A stretch of 64,000 bases of DNA from Ferruginibacter sp. (GCA_043729825.1 JAYTLA010000042.1:482-64481), one strand, 5' to 3'. Positions 10,157 through 20,957 are shown, numbered from the stretch's first letter. Made by a program: numbers and translations. The notes: generated by a model not told the origin, from the letters alone.

Positions 10157-11461
10157 TTATCTCAACTTCAATGTGGCAATAGCAACTGCCACGCAAATGA
10201 TCGTCAATATCCAAAAACGTACAGCTATCTTACTTTCATGATATCCCTTCTTTTGATAATGATGATGCAAAGGACTCATTAAGAAAATTCGTCGCCCTTC
10301 CCCATATTTTTTCTTTGTGTATTTAAAATAACTTACCTGCAACATCACACTACATAACTCTACAAAAAATGCTAAGCAAAATATTGGTATCAATAATTCT
10401 TTTCTTACAATTATTGCCAATGCTGCAATAATTCCTCCCAATGCAAGGCTACCCGTATCGCCCATAAAAACCTGCGCTGGATAAGAATTATACCAAAGAA
10501 ATCCTATACAAGCTCCCACAAATGCCGCAATAAAAACAGATAGCTCTCCAAGGTTTGGTATGTACATAATGTTTAAGTACTCTGCAAATTTTATATTGCC
10601 ACTCACATAGGCAAATATTCCTAAGCCTATACCAATGAGTGCGCTTATTCCTGTAGCCAAACCATCGAGCCCGTCCGTAATATTTGCTGCGTTAGAAACT
10701 GCTGTTACAATAAAAATTACAATAAGTATATAAATTAAATATGCATAATCTTCTAAACTCTTCGGTAATAAATCTGCATAATTAAACTCATGATTTTTCT
10801 TAAAAGGAATAGTTGTTCCTTGGGATTTAATTTCTGCAAACAATTGCGCTTTACCATCAATAACTAACGTATCCATTTTCAATAACTTTTCTCCTTTCTG
10901 CAATACATCCTCAACTCTTGCACTGGTAACTTCTCTTTTAATTGTAACACTTGGGCTAAATACTAATGTAACAGCTATAATTATTCCTATACCAACTTGT
11001 CCAAACAATTTAAATTTTGCCGCCAATCCATCACTATCACTTTTTTTATAATCAACACCTTTTGCTTTTGCATCACGCTTGCTTTTTATTTTTAAGTAAT
11101 CGTCTATAAAACCTATTGCACCAAGCCATATTGTACAAAGCATCATTAAGCGTATATACACTTTATCTAAATTTGCTAATAATAAAGTAGGAATTAAAAT
11201 ACCCAAAATAATAATAATACCACCCATTGATGGCGTTCCTCTTTTTTGTTGTTCGCCTGCAAGTCCAAGCTCACGAACGGTTTCGCCCATTTGTTTGTTT
11301 TGCAAAAACAGAATAAGTTTTTTACCATACACCGTTGTAATAATCAACGAAAGTATAAGAGCCATAATTACACGAAAGCTTATGAACTGAAATAGCCCAC
11401 TCCCAGGAAAAGATGCCTTTGCCCCGTGTTGCGTAATCCAATCGAATAAATGATATAACAT
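10157..11461 (-). CDS. mraY: Phospho-MurNAc-pentapeptide transferase
   Basis: GTPSMGG, NAANITDGLDGL, FMGDTGSL, PLHHHY. Confidence 0.97.
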   Translation of the reverse strand: MLYHLFDWITQHGAKASFPGSGLFQFISFRVIMALILSLIITTVYGKKLILFLQNKQMGETVRELGLAGEQQKRGTPSMGGIIIILGILIPTLLLANLDKVYIRLMMLCTIWLGAIGFIDDYLKIKSKRDAKAKGVDYKKSDSDGLAAKFKLFGQVGIGIIIAVTLVFSPSVTIKREVTSARVEDVLQKGEKLLKMDTLVIDGKAQLFAEIKSQGTTIPFKKNHEFNYADLLPKSLEDYAYLIYILIVIFIVTAVSNAANITDGLDGLATGISALIGIGLGIFAYVSGNIKFAEYLNIMYIPNLGELSVFIAAFVGACIGFLWYNSYPAQVFMGDTGSLALGGIIAALAIIVRKELLIPIFCLAFFVELCSVMLQVSYFKYTKKKYGEGRRIFLMSPLHHHYQKKGYHESKIAVRFWILTIICVAVAIATLKLR

Positions 11462-11468
11462 AATAAAT

Positions 11469-11592
11469 CAAATGTGCAAATGTGCAAATATGCAAATGTG
11501 CTAATGTTAAATATTGTACTTTTATATTTTTAAATAACTTCCTTTCTAACAGAGCTCTTTATTTGCAAATCTGCACATTTGCATATTTGCCT
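11469..11592. repeat. Inverted pair of octamer tandem arrays
   Basis: (CAAATGTG)x~5 at 11469-11508 and (ATTTGCAC)-like x4 at 11561-11592. Confidence 0.8.
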
Positions 11593-11601
11593 ATTTCTTC
11601 C

Positions 11602-13065
11602 TCATTTACCTAAAAGCTCAAACATCTCCCTCAACACTTTCTTATCATCAAAATCATATTTCACACCTTCTATTTCTTGATATTTCTCGTGCCCTTTTCC
11701 TGCTACTAAAACAATATCTTCTCTGTTACTTAAACTCACGGCGGTTTTTATGGCTTCTTTTCTATCTGCTATTGTTATGTATTTCCTTCTAGCTACTACA
11801 TTTACACCAACCTCCATATCTTTCAAAATATCTTCTGGTTTTTCATTGCGTGGATTATCCGATGTAAATATTACTTTATCGCTATGCTCGCACGCAACCT
11901 CCGCCATTATTGGTCTTTTAGTTTTATCTCTATTACCGCCACAACCAACAACTGTTATAATTTTTTCAAACCCTTGCTTCAAATTTTTTATAGTTGCCAA
12001 TACATTGAGCAATGCATCTGGTGTGTGCGCATAATCAACAATGCCAATAACTTTTTCAATCTTGCTCACTTCATAGTCAAAACGTCCTTCTGCGCCATCT
12101 ATATTGCTTAGTGCAAGCAACACCTCTTGTTTATCCATTCCCAAACAAATTGCCGCAGCATAAACTGATAATAAATTGTATGCATTAAATTCTCCAATCA
12201 ATTTAAAATGCACTTCCACATCATTTACTATCATGTGCAAACCAGTCAAACTATTGTCTAATATTTTTCCTTTAAAATCTGCTACTGTTCTAAGGCTATA
12301 ATAATATTTTTTAGCCGCCGTATTTTGCAACATCACTGCACCACGCTTATCATCTGCATTGCTTATGGCAAAAGCATTTGCTGGCATATTATCGAACCAA
12401 TATTTTTTTACCCTAATATATTCATCAAATGTTTTATGATAATCTAAATGATCGTGTGTAATATTTGTAAAAATGCCGCCCTTAAAAATCAAACCTGCAA
12501 TTCTTTCTTGATCTATCGCATGGCTACTGCATTCCATAAAAACATAGTCACAACCTTCGTCCCACATTTTTTTCAACAATGCGTTTAAGTTTATAGCATC
12601 GGGTGTTGTATGTGTTGCAGGAATAACCATTTCTGCAATTTTATTTTCTATTGTACTTATCAATCCACTTTTGTACCCAAGCTTAGTAAACAGATTAAAT
12701 AAAATTGTTGCTACTGTTGTTTTCCCATTGGTTCCCGTTACACCTATCAAATTTATTTTTGTTGATGGATTTCCATAAAAATGATGTGCCATCAAACCCG
12801 CTGCTGTACTCGCATTTTCAACCTCCACATAAGTAATACCGTCAACTATATTTGCTGGCATATTTTCTGTAATAACTACTAATGCACCTTTTTCGATGGC
12901 CGTACCTATAAAATCATTACCATTTACAGTTGTACCTTTTACTGCAATAAAACAACCATTAGCAACCACCTCACGAGAATCGATATGCAAAGATTTTATC
13001 TCCACATCAGTACTGCCATGCACTGCTTTTAGTTTTACTTTATATAAAAGGTCTTTCAACATCAA
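11602..13065 (-). CDS. murE: UDP-MurNAc-dipeptide--meso-DAP ligase
   Basis: TGTNGKTT, DYAHTPD, DNPR, AGKGHEKYQ. Confidence 0.97.
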   Translation of the reverse strand: MMLKDLLYKVKLKAVHGSTDVEIKSLHIDSREVVANGCFIAVKGTTVNGNDFIGTAIEKGALVVITENMPANIVDGITYVEVENASTAAGLMAHHFYGNPSTKINLIGVTGTNGKTTVATILFNLFTKLGYKSGLISTIENKIAEMVIPATHTTPDAINLNALLKKMWDEGCDYVFMECSSHAIDQERIAGLIFKGGIFTNITHDHLDYHKTFDEYIRVKKYWFDNMPANAFAISNADDKRGAVMLQNTAAKKYYYSLRTVADFKGKILDNSLTGLHMIVNDVEVHFKLIGEFNAYNLLSVYAAAICLGMDKQEVLLALSNIDGAEGRFDYEVSKIEKVIGIVDYAHTPDALLNVLATIKNLKQGFEKIITVVGCGGNRDKTKRPIMAEVACEHSDKVIFTSDNPRNEKPEDILKDMEVGVNVVARRKYITIADRKEAIKTAVSLSNREDIVLVAGKGHEKYQEIEGVKYDFDDKKVLREMFELLGK

Positions 13066-15176
13066 TTTAAAAACAAGGTTATTTTTTGCCCTTTTATAAA
13101 ATTTGTTCCAGCTATTAAACTTTGGCTTACTACTTTCCCTGTGCCTTGCAATCCCAACCTCAATCCTTTGTTTTCTAATAAATACACTGCATCTTTCAAG
13201 CCCATACCTACAACATTTGGCATGGCACTTATTGCTGAAGACGCAGCGACATCAATTGATACCGCATTTTGTGTAACCATAATATTTCTCCATGATCCAG
13301 ATGCTGATGCATCTTTATAAGGAATATTCATATACCCAAAAATGGAATGCACATCATTCTTCATTCCTATAGCATTATTCACCACAGAATCTTTTATTAA
13401 TGGAGAATTGTATGAAGCAGTTGACAAAAATCTTGCATAAATTTTATCGCTTATTTCTTTAAACACTGCACCAGATACATCAGCACCATAAATTAATTTC
13501 GACTCACGGGTATTTTGTATAACCACTGCCATAGTATATTTTGGCGCATCCGCAGGAAAGTATCCTATAAAAGATGCCTGATAAACTTTTGCTCCTTTGT
13601 TGTAACCTCTATTATCTTGGGCCGTTACAGCCGTACCGGTTTTTCCTGCAATTTTGTATGAAGAATCAAACACTACTTTATGAGCAGTGCCATGCACACC
13701 TTCTACCACTTCTAACAAACAGGCTTTTAATTTTACAATTGTAGATTGACTACAAATTTTTGCATCTAATATTTCAGGCTCAATTTTCTTTATCGTTACA
13801 CCAAAATCTTTTATTTCGTTTACCAAATAGGGGCGCATAAATTTCCCATTATTTGCAACTGCATTGTACAAACAAAGCATATGCAATGGTGTTACAAGTT
13901 CTTCGTAACCATGCGCCATATAAGGAATGGTAGTTGCTCCCCATTTCTTTACCTTCTTTATTAATGGAAAACCAGATGTAGCTACAATATCTATTCCTGT
14001 GCTTCTATCTAAACGCATTTTATGCAAATGGTCATAAAATTTTTGTGGTTGGCTATGGTAATTTTGCTCAGCCAATTTTGCAAAAGCAACATTACTACTT
14101 GCAGCAAAAGCCTCTTTAACTGTTGTTTCATATGTGCCCAAATGCGAATCAGAAATTCTCAATCCATAAAAAGATTTTCTTCCACCTTCGCAATTCACTT
14201 TTGTTTCTGTATCCACGTATCCATCTTCCAATAAACTCATTAATGTTGCCAATTTAAATACAGAACCTGGCTCCGTTTTTTTACCAATGCCATAATTCAA
14301 ATCTTCCAAATAACTACCGTCAGTTTGCTTTCCAAGATTAGCAATGGCTTTTATCTTTCCCGTAGCTGTCTCCATTACAATTGCTGTACCATGCAACGAA
14401 TTGTTATTCACCATCATTTTCATTAATGCATTTTCAGCTACATCTTGTATATAAGTATCAAGCGTTGTCACAATATCTTTTCCATTTACTGGGTCAAGTT
14501 CCGAGCCTTCCACTGGCAAATATGTTCCTGCAGCATATCGCATTAAACGCTGCCCTGTAGTACCTCTTAGCAAACTATCATATGTTAATTCCAATCCTAC
14601 GTTTTTAGATAAATTTTGTCTAGATAAACCAATCGTTCTATTGGCAAGCAAAACATAAGGGTTTATTCTTTTGTCTTTTGCATCCACAATAAATCCGCTT
14701 TTGTTTCTACCCAATCTTACCAGCGGAAAATTTCTCATTTGTAAGTATTGTTCAAAGGTCATTTTCTTTTTTAAAGAAAAATATCTTTCTTCATCGCTAT
14801 ATGCCTGTTGTAATATTTTTTTATATTCTCCTGCTGTTTTATCTACAAATAAGTTAGCAATACAAATACTCAACGAATCAATATTATCTTTAAACCGTTT
14901 CCCATCTTTTTCTCTCAATCCTTCTGCTCCAAAATCTATGTACACATCGAATACAGGCACCGATGTGCTCAACATATTTCCATCTTCGCTGTATATTGTT
15001 CCTCGCTCTGCATTTATATCTTGCGTTTTTATATGCAAACTATCGCTTAATCCTGCCCAATATTTTCCTTCTGCACGTTGTATATATATAGCACGACCAA
15101 GCACAAATACGCAGAGCACTATCATGCATAAAAAGCATAAGTACACCCTCCACAATATGTCTTTTTTTACATCCAT
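13062..15176 (-). CDS. ftsI: Division transpeptidase PBP3 with C-terminal PASTA domain
   Basis: EPGSVFK (SxxK), SSN, GKTGTA; PASTA-like MPNVVGM. Confidence 0.93.
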   Translation of the reverse strand: MDVKKDILWRVYLCFLCMIVLCVFVLGRAIYIQRAEGKYWAGLSDSLHIKTQDINAERGTIYSEDGNMLSTSVPVFDVYIDFGAEGLREKDGKRFKDNIDSLSICIANLFVDKTAGEYKKILQQAYSDEERYFSLKKKMTFEQYLQMRNFPLVRLGRNKSGFIVDAKDKRINPYVLLANRTIGLSRQNLSKNVGLELTYDSLLRGTTGQRLMRYAAGTYLPVEGSELDPVNGKDIVTTLDTYIQDVAENALMKMMVNNNSLHGTAIVMETATGKIKAIANLGKQTDGSYLEDLNYGIGKKTEPGSVFKLATLMSLLEDGYVDTETKVNCEGGRKSFYGLRISDSHLGTYETTVKEAFAASSNVAFAKLAEQNYHSQPQKFYDHLHKMRLDRSTGIDIVATSGFPLIKKVKKWGATTIPYMAHGYEELVTPLHMLCLYNAVANNGKFMRPYLVNEIKDFGVTIKKIEPEILDAKICSQSTIVKLKACLLEVVEGVHGTAHKVVFDSSYKIAGKTGTAVTAQDNRGYNKGAKVYQASFIGYFPADAPKYTMAVVIQNTRESKLIYGADVSGAVFKEISDKIYARFLSTASYNSPLIKDSVVNNAIGMKNDVHSIFGYMNIPYKDASASGSWRNIMVTQNAVSIDVAASSAISAMPNVVGMGLKDAVYLLENKGLRLGLQGTGKVVSQSLIAGTNFIKGQKITLFLN

Positions 15177-15538
15177 TAATTTGTAACAGTATCTTTAATA
15201 GTTTTTACAATTGTGTCTGACAACAACATTGGCGGCACTTTCGGCTCTTTTAATCCCAAAGGTTCTACTGCTTTTACCAGCTCACTTGCCTTGCTCCTAA
15301 AAATCAAATCGCTTTTTATTGTTTTGTATTCGTATTCTAATTCTTTAATATTTTTTTCAGTTGTCGTTATTTTTCTCACCAATTTATCGGCATGGTGCCC
15401 ATTGTATATATACAGTATTGCCAGCAATGCCAAAAAAAGAAAGAAGGGGATATTTTTAACTACTCTATTGTAGTTAAAAACTGTTCTCCAATCTGCTTTT
15501 GGAACTTCTGATTCGTTATTTACTTTTTCTTCTGGCAT
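15176..15538 (-). CDS. ftsL: FtsL-like cell division protein
   Basis: Single TM plus coiled coil; between rsmH and ftsI. Confidence 0.85.
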   Translation of the reverse strand: MPEEKVNNESEVPKADWRTVFNYNRVVKNIPFFLFLALLAILYIYNGHHADKLVRKITTTEKNIKELEYEYKTIKSDLIFRSKASELVKAVEPLGLKEPKVPPMLLSDTIVKTIKDTVTN

Positions 15539-16513
15539 TTATTTTTTTTCTGCAATCCTCAATTTTGCGCTTCTACTTCTTGTATTTATTTTTTGCTCTG
15601 CAGCCGTTGGTATTATTGGTTTTTTGGTGATGATGATAAAAGGGTTTTCTGCTTTCGTTCCATATACATCATCCACTTCTACTTCTTCGTGCGTTCCATT
15701 TTTAAAAAAGTTTTTTACAATTCTATCTTCTAAAGAATGAAAAGTAATAATGGCCACCCTTCCAGCTTCTTTAAGCACACTTACTGTTTGCATCAGCATT
15801 TCTTCTAGCACTTTTATTTCTTCGTTTACCTCTATGCGCAGTGCTTGAAAAACCTGCGCTAAATATTTATTCGGATTTCCTTTTACCATCGCCGCAATAC
15901 TTTGCTTAAAAGTATTAATGGTTGTAAATGGTTTTATTTCTCTTTGTTCTATAATTGTTTTGGCAAGCGTTTTCGAATTTGTTACTTCTCCATACCGTTC
16001 AAACATTTTGTGCAATTGCAACTCGTTGTATGTGTTTAAAACCATTGCTGCAGTTGCTGTTTGCCTGTTGTCCATTCTCATGTCAAGTGCCGCATCAAAC
16101 CTAGTGCTAAAGCCTCTTTCCGCTGTATCAAATTGATAACTCGATACACCCAAGTCTGCTAAAATTCCGTCTACTTTTGTATGCTTATGCAAGCGCAAAA
16201 AACGTTGCAGGTGGCGAAAATTTTGTGGTATAAAAATCACACGTTCATCATCTGGTAGATTTTTTTTTGCATCTTCATCTTGATCAAATACAATAAGCTT
16301 TCCAGTTTTTCCCAATAATTTCAAAATTTCTTTGCTATGCCCGCCACCACCAAATGTGCAATCCACATACACACCATCTTCTTTTATGTTCAATCCTTCT
16401 ATTGCTTCTTTTAGTAAAACAGGAATATGGTAATTGGTTGTTGGTTGATTGGTATTTTGGTTGATTAGTTGATTAGTTGATTCGTCCTCCATTATATTTT
16501 TTGCTTCGCTCAT
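15539..16513 (-). CDS. rsmH: 16S rRNA m4C1402 methyltransferase
   Basis: HIPVLL, DCTFGGGGHS, DLGVSSYQ, FHSLEDR, RSRSAKLR. Confidence 0.97.
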   Translation of the reverse strand: MSEAKNIMEDESTNQLINQNTNQPTTNYHIPVLLKEAIEGLNIKEDGVYVDCTFGGGGHSKEILKLLGKTGKLIVFDQDEDAKKNLPDDERVIFIPQNFRHLQRFLRLHKHTKVDGILADLGVSSYQFDTAERGFSTRFDAALDMRMDNRQTATAAMVLNTYNELQLHKMFERYGEVTNSKTLAKTIIEQREIKPFTTINTFKQSIAAMVKGNPNKYLAQVFQALRIEVNEEIKVLEEMLMQTVSVLKEAGRVAIITFHSLEDRIVKNFFKNGTHEEVEVDDVYGTKAENPFIIITKKPIIPTAAEQKINTRSRSAKLRIAEKK

Positions 16514-16595
16514 TTTTCCATCTTTTTTAGAATCATAAAAGAAAATTCAACATCTTTTAGACTACTCAATCAACCAATCAACTATTCAACAACCT

Positions 16596-17054
16596 TCAAC
16601 CTTCAATTTTTCGGTTCATCACTTCATTTGCCAAATCGCTAAAACTTTGATCGGTCATCGAATCAAAGAACTGCTCATACACTTTCTTATCCCATATCTC
16701 AATTTTGTTCAATGCCGATACGAGTACAATATCTTTTTCTAAAGAAGCATGTGCCATCAAATTTTTGGGGAGTAATAATCTTCCTGCACTGTCCAATTCT
16801 ACAGGCGAAGCACCATTAAGAAAATAGCGTCGAAAAGCCCTCACTTTTGGATCGAAATCATTCAAGTTGCTTATGTTTGCAAAAATGGGATTCCAGCTTT
16901 GTTGTGGATAAAGGGTAAGGCATTTTTCAAATCCACGATTAATGACGAATTGTGCAGAATCGTCAATAGGCAGCTGTTTTTTAAACGCTGCAGGCAAAAG
17001 GAAACGTCCTTTTGTATCTATTGTTGATTCATATTCACCCAAAAAGCTAATCAT
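16596..17054 (-). CDS. mraZ: Transcriptional regulator MraZ (start moved from 17162 to 17054)
   Basis: MISFLGEYESTIDTKGR and LDSAGR AbrB-like repeats. Confidence 0.95.
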   Translation of the reverse strand: MISFLGEYESTIDTKGRFLLPAAFKKQLPIDDSAQFVINRGFEKCLTLYPQQSWNPIFANISNLNDFDPKVRAFRRYFLNGASPVELDSAGRLLLPKNLMAHASLEKDIVLVSALNKIEIWDKKVYEQFFDSMTDQSFSDLANEVMNRKIEG

Positions 17055-17097
17055 AATAAAGAAAAGTGTTGTTTTTGTAATTATTCGACACAAAATA

Positions 17098-17121
17098 ACA
17101 CTTTTTCCCACTTTTAGCCAC
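17098..17121 (-). promoter_or_regulatory. MraZ-binding direct repeats (GTGG-N6 x3)
   Basis: Minus strand GTGG-CTAAAA-GTGG-GAAAAA-GTGT, 10-bp period, just upstream of mraZ. Confidence 0.75.
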
Positions 17122-17139
17122 CTTTTATGGTAAAGATAT

Positions 17140-17242
17140 TTTTCCACAGCCTTTATATGCACTGTGGATGTGCATTACAGATGCTTTTATTGAATATAAG
17201 CCGTGTATTAAATGTGAATAGCTGTGGATAGGATGTGAATAG
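17140..17242. promoter_or_regulatory. Cluster of DnaA-box-like 9-mers
   Basis: TTTTCCACA (17140), TGTGAATAG (17213, 17234), TGTGGATAG (17223); weaker at 17163 and 17202. Confidence 0.5.
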
Positions 17243-17436
17243 CTAAATTGTTTAGTTTTAAAATATTTGGAGAACAGCAACTTTGAAAGCAATAAGAAAA
17301 TTGCTCTCCAAGTAAATTTCAATAAAAGTTCAAGTAGGATTTACTAATGATATGTGTTTCGCCGAATGCGAGACAACTGAAGTTCAATCAAGGAACTCGG
17401 GTAGTAAACAAACAATAAAATATTTTTTGTAAAAAA

Positions 17437-18759
17437 TTATTTAACCAGTGGAATACTAATGGTAAAAGTACTGCCTTTTCCTAAAATACTTTCCGCTTTA
17501 ATCTGTCCCTTGTGTGCATCCACCATGGTTTTTACATAGCTAAGGCCTAGGCCAAAACCTTTTACATCGTGTACATTGCCAGTATGTGCACGATAAAATT
17601 TTTCAAAAATATGAGATAGAGTTTCTTTGTTCATGCCAATACCATTGTCTTCTATTTTTATTACTAGCACATTGCCAGCATTAGCGGTAGAAAGTTTTAT
17701 AACAGGTTTTTCTTTAGAATATTTTAAGGCATTATCCAACAAATTATTTACAAAATTGGTAAAGTGTACATCGTCTGCCATTACGATATCTTTTGCTGCA
17801 TCAAGTTTTACAATTAACTCTCCACCCCTTTCGTTTAATGGCAATGCAATATTGTTTAATGCATTATTGATGAGCTCATGAGCAGATAGTTTTTTACGGT
17901 TCAATTGCACTTCTTGTTTATCTAGCAAAGCCGCTTGCAGTATGGTTTCTACCTGCTTGTTCATGCGTTTATTTTCTTCTTTTATTACACCAGTAAAATA
18001 ATCCGTCTTTTCTTTATTGCCAATTACTTTTTCGTTTTTTAAAGCATCTACAGCAAGTGATATTGTTGCCAAAGGTGTTTTAAATTCATGCGTCATGTTA
18101 TTGATAAAGTCAGATTTTATTTCGCCCAATTTTTTTTGTACAAACAAAGTACGTAACGTAAGAAAAAATGCGGTGATAATGATGAGTGTGAAGATAATAG
18201 CGCCTGCAATAAACCAAGTAAGTTGCTTAAAAATGATAGCGTTTTGATGTGGAACAATTACTACTAAATATTCTTGTGGAGCAAAATTTTCTAGCTCGCT
18301 CCCGCTCGATGGTTGCAACACCACTGTATGCGAAAGATTATTAGATGAATCTGCATAAAATTTAAAAAAGTTTTCTGTCGTAATCTGATCTCCACTTGCA
18401 ATATTATTATCCGTAACTGTAAATTCAAATGGAACTTCCTTCATGCCAGTTCTCAACAATTCTTCTCGTATAATATTTTTTATTTCTTCTTTGCTAAACC
18501 TATGCATTACAGAATGTCTTCTAAAATCGAGTGGAAACCTATCCGGTGAAATAAGTAAATCGTTTTTCTTCTGAAAAATAGAAATGGTTTTTTCTTCCAT
18601 TAAACGAATGCCAGCACTACCAGCAGCTGATGATACATTATCTTTTAGTTTTTGCTCTTGCCCACGTTTTACACTATCTATCCAGAGTACCTGAAATAAA
18701 ATGAGCCCAAGCAAACTAATCGTAATAAGAATAGTAATTATTGGGAAAGTTTTCTTCAT
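17437..18759 (-). CDS. Membrane sensor histidine kinase (HisKA + HATPase_c), no adjacent regulator
   Basis: FINNMTHEFKTP, NLLDNALKYS, DNGIG, GFGLGL; two TM. Confidence 0.92.
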   Translation of the reverse strand: MKKTFPIITILITISLLGLILFQVLWIDSVKRGQEQKLKDNVSSAAGSAGIRLMEEKTISIFQKKNDLLISPDRFPLDFRRHSVMHRFSKEEIKNIIREELLRTGMKEVPFEFTVTDNNIASGDQITTENFFKFYADSSNNLSHTVVLQPSSGSELENFAPQEYLVVIVPHQNAIIFKQLTWFIAGAIIFTLIIITAFFLTLRTLFVQKKLGEIKSDFINNMTHEFKTPLATISLAVDALKNEKVIGNKEKTDYFTGVIKEENKRMNKQVETILQAALLDKQEVQLNRKKLSAHELINNALNNIALPLNERGGELIVKLDAAKDIVMADDVHFTNFVNNLLDNALKYSKEKPVIKLSTANAGNVLVIKIEDNGIGMNKETLSHIFEKFYRAHTGNVHDVKGFGLGLSYVKTMVDAHKGQIKAESILGKGSTFTISIPLVK

Positions 18760-19004
18760 GAAATAAATTTCGGGTTAATGCTTGGTAGTTTTTATGAATT
18801 ACAAATGTAGGTTTAATAAGTATTTTGAAATAGTTAATACTTAGTAAATCACCATTTTTAGCTTATTATTAGGGTACTATGGAAGACCAAATTTTTATAA
18901 TTTTACTAAGATACTTCATTCTGTATAAATATTCTAACAAATATTTTACAGATAAAACTACAATTTAGGCTTAAAACAATAAAACAATTTATAACTTTAA
19001 TCCC

Positions 19005-19559
19005 ATGATTGAACCAGCTAGTGGCATATTACTTTTAGCAGAGCCTTTTTTGAAGGACCCATCTTTCATGAGAAGCGTTGTGCTCATTTGCAAACACAAT
19101 GCCGAGGAAGGTACATTTGGTTTTGCACTCAATAAAAAACTACACACTACACTCAACGAAATGATTGCTGATTTAGACAATTGTCCTCTGCCTGTGTATA
19201 TTGGTGGTCCTGTACAAACAGATACCATTCATTATATACACCAATACCCCCAATACTTTAGCGATGCAGTAAAAATTGCCGACAATGTGTTTTGGGGTGG
19301 CAATTTTGAAACGATGAAAACATTGATTAAAAATGGTACACTCGATAGCAAAAAAATAAAATTCTTTTTGGGTTATAGCGGTTGGAGCAAAGGACAATTA
19401 GAAGAAGAAATAGTGGGAAATAGCTGGATAACAACAGAGGGCACAAAGGCATTAATTTTTGAAATTCCTGCAACAGATGTTTGGAATGCAAGCCTAACAA
19501 AGCTTGGCGGAAAATATAAAATGATGATACATTTTCCTACAGATCCGCAGTTGAATTAA
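19005..19559 (+). CDS. YqgE/AlgH family protein
   Basis: RSVVLIC, GGPVQ, FFLGYSGWSKGQL. Confidence 0.9.
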   Translation: MIEPASGILLLAEPFLKDPSFMRSVVLICKHNAEEGTFGFALNKKLHTTLNEMIADLDNCPLPVYIGGPVQTDTIHYIHQYPQYFSDAVKIADNVFWGGNFETMKTLIKNGTLDSKKIKFFLGYSGWSKGQLEEEIVGNSWITTEGTKALIFEIPATDVWNASLTKLGGKYKMMIHFPTDPQLN

Positions 19560-19691
19560 GAAGCCCAGTCTCCCTAAATCACTCCGAAGGAAAAGCCTCC
19601 CTAAACCCCTCCGAAGGAGGGACTTGGAAGTCACCAATAATTTACAGTAATTTCGACTGACGAAATTTTCACTAAAAATCTATATTAAAAT

Positions 19692-20657
19692 TTGCTTTAC
19701 AAACTGCTTCATTCTCCTGCAAAACTTGCGCTGCTTATTTGGTGTAGGCATCTTAAAATTAATAAAAAAGATTTTTTAGATAATAAAGGTCCACTGCTTA
19801 TTGCGGCCAATCATCCCAATTCTTTTTTAGATGCTATTTTGCTTTGTGCTATTTTTAAACAACCTATTTACTCCCTTGCCCGTGGCGATGCTTTTAAAAA
19901 TAATATTGTTGTAAAAATATTGCGTGCATTAAAAATGTTTCCTGTGTATCGGGTAAGTGAGGGCGTAGAAAACCTAGAGGAAAATTATAAAACATTTGAT
20001 GAATGCATAGATGTGTTTAAAAAAAATGGTATCGTACTTATTTTTAGCGAAGGTAAGTGTGTGAACGAATGGCATCTTCGCCCATTGAAAAAAGGCACTG
20101 CTCGTTTGGCTATGACAGCGTGGGAGCAAGGTATTCCGCTAAAAATAATTCCTACAGGTATAAATTATAACTCGTTTACAAGCTTTGGAAAAAATATACA
20201 ATTAAATTTTGGAGAAATTATTTCGCAAGAAAATATGGCATTTAAAAATGAAGATACTTATGGTACAAAAATTCAAAATTTTAATGCTGTATTAAAAATA
20301 GAATTAGAAAAATTGATTGTACAAATAAAACCTGTTGATGAAAATAAAATCAAGGAATCATTTCAATTAAAAGTTTCTTCATTAAAAAAAATATTGTTGT
20401 TTATACCTGCGCTATGTGCATACATATTGCATGCTCCCTTGTATATACCCGTACAAAAATTTGCAATAAAGAAGTTTGGCAAAATAGATCATTACGATTC
20501 AGTTGTGGTGGGGTTATTATTCATATTATATCCGCTTTATTTATTGCTTATTTCATTAATTGGGTATTTGCTTTGGGAAAGTTGGTGGTGGCTTTTAGTA
20601 TTTGTTATTTTACCTTTTATGGCATGGAGTTATGTGGCTATAAAAAAGCAAGCATAA
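19692..20657 (+). CDS. PlsC-like acyltransferase
   Basis: NHPNSFLD (HX4D), IFSEG, KKGTARLA; C-terminal TMs. Confidence 0.88.
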   Translation: MLYKLLHSPAKLALLIWCRHLKINKKDFLDNKGPLLIAANHPNSFLDAILLCAIFKQPIYSLARGDAFKNNIVVKILRALKMFPVYRVSEGVENLEENYKTFDECIDVFKKNGIVLIFSEGKCVNEWHLRPLKKGTARLAMTAWEQGIPLKIIPTGINYNSFTSFGKNIQLNFGEIISQENMAFKNEDTYGTKIQNFNAVLKIELEKLIVQIKPVDENKIKESFQLKVSSLKKILLFIPALCAYILHAPLYIPVQKFAIKKFGKIDHYDSVVVGLLFILYPLYLLLISLIGYLLWESWWWLLVFVILPFMAWSYVAIKKQA

Positions 20658-20705
20658 AAAAGCCCACACTCACATGCAGGCTTTCAAAAAAATTATACAC
20701 CCAAA

Positions 20706-20957
20706 TTACAACTCCACCGCACCTTCCACCAACACCGTTGTTTTATTATTCAACACTTCTACAAATCCACTTTGTATGGTATAAGAGCTCGTAGTTGTTT
20801 TATCTTTCAATATTTTCAACTTGCCGTTTTTTAATGCACTTACTATTGGCGCATGCTTGTCTAATACTTCAAACAAACCTGTAATGCCTGGCAATTGCAC
20901 GCCATACACTTCGCCACTAAAGATCTTTTTTTCGGGTGTTAATATTTCTAAAGTCAT
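20706..20957 (-). CDS. atpC: ATP synthase F1 epsilon subunit
   Basis: LEILTPEK, HAPIVSAL, GFVEV; after atpD. Confidence 0.93.
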   Translation of the reverse strand: MTLEILTPEKKIFSGEVYGVQLPGITGLFEVLDKHAPIVSALKNGKLKILKDKTTTSSYTIQSGFVEVLNNKTTVLVEGAVEL

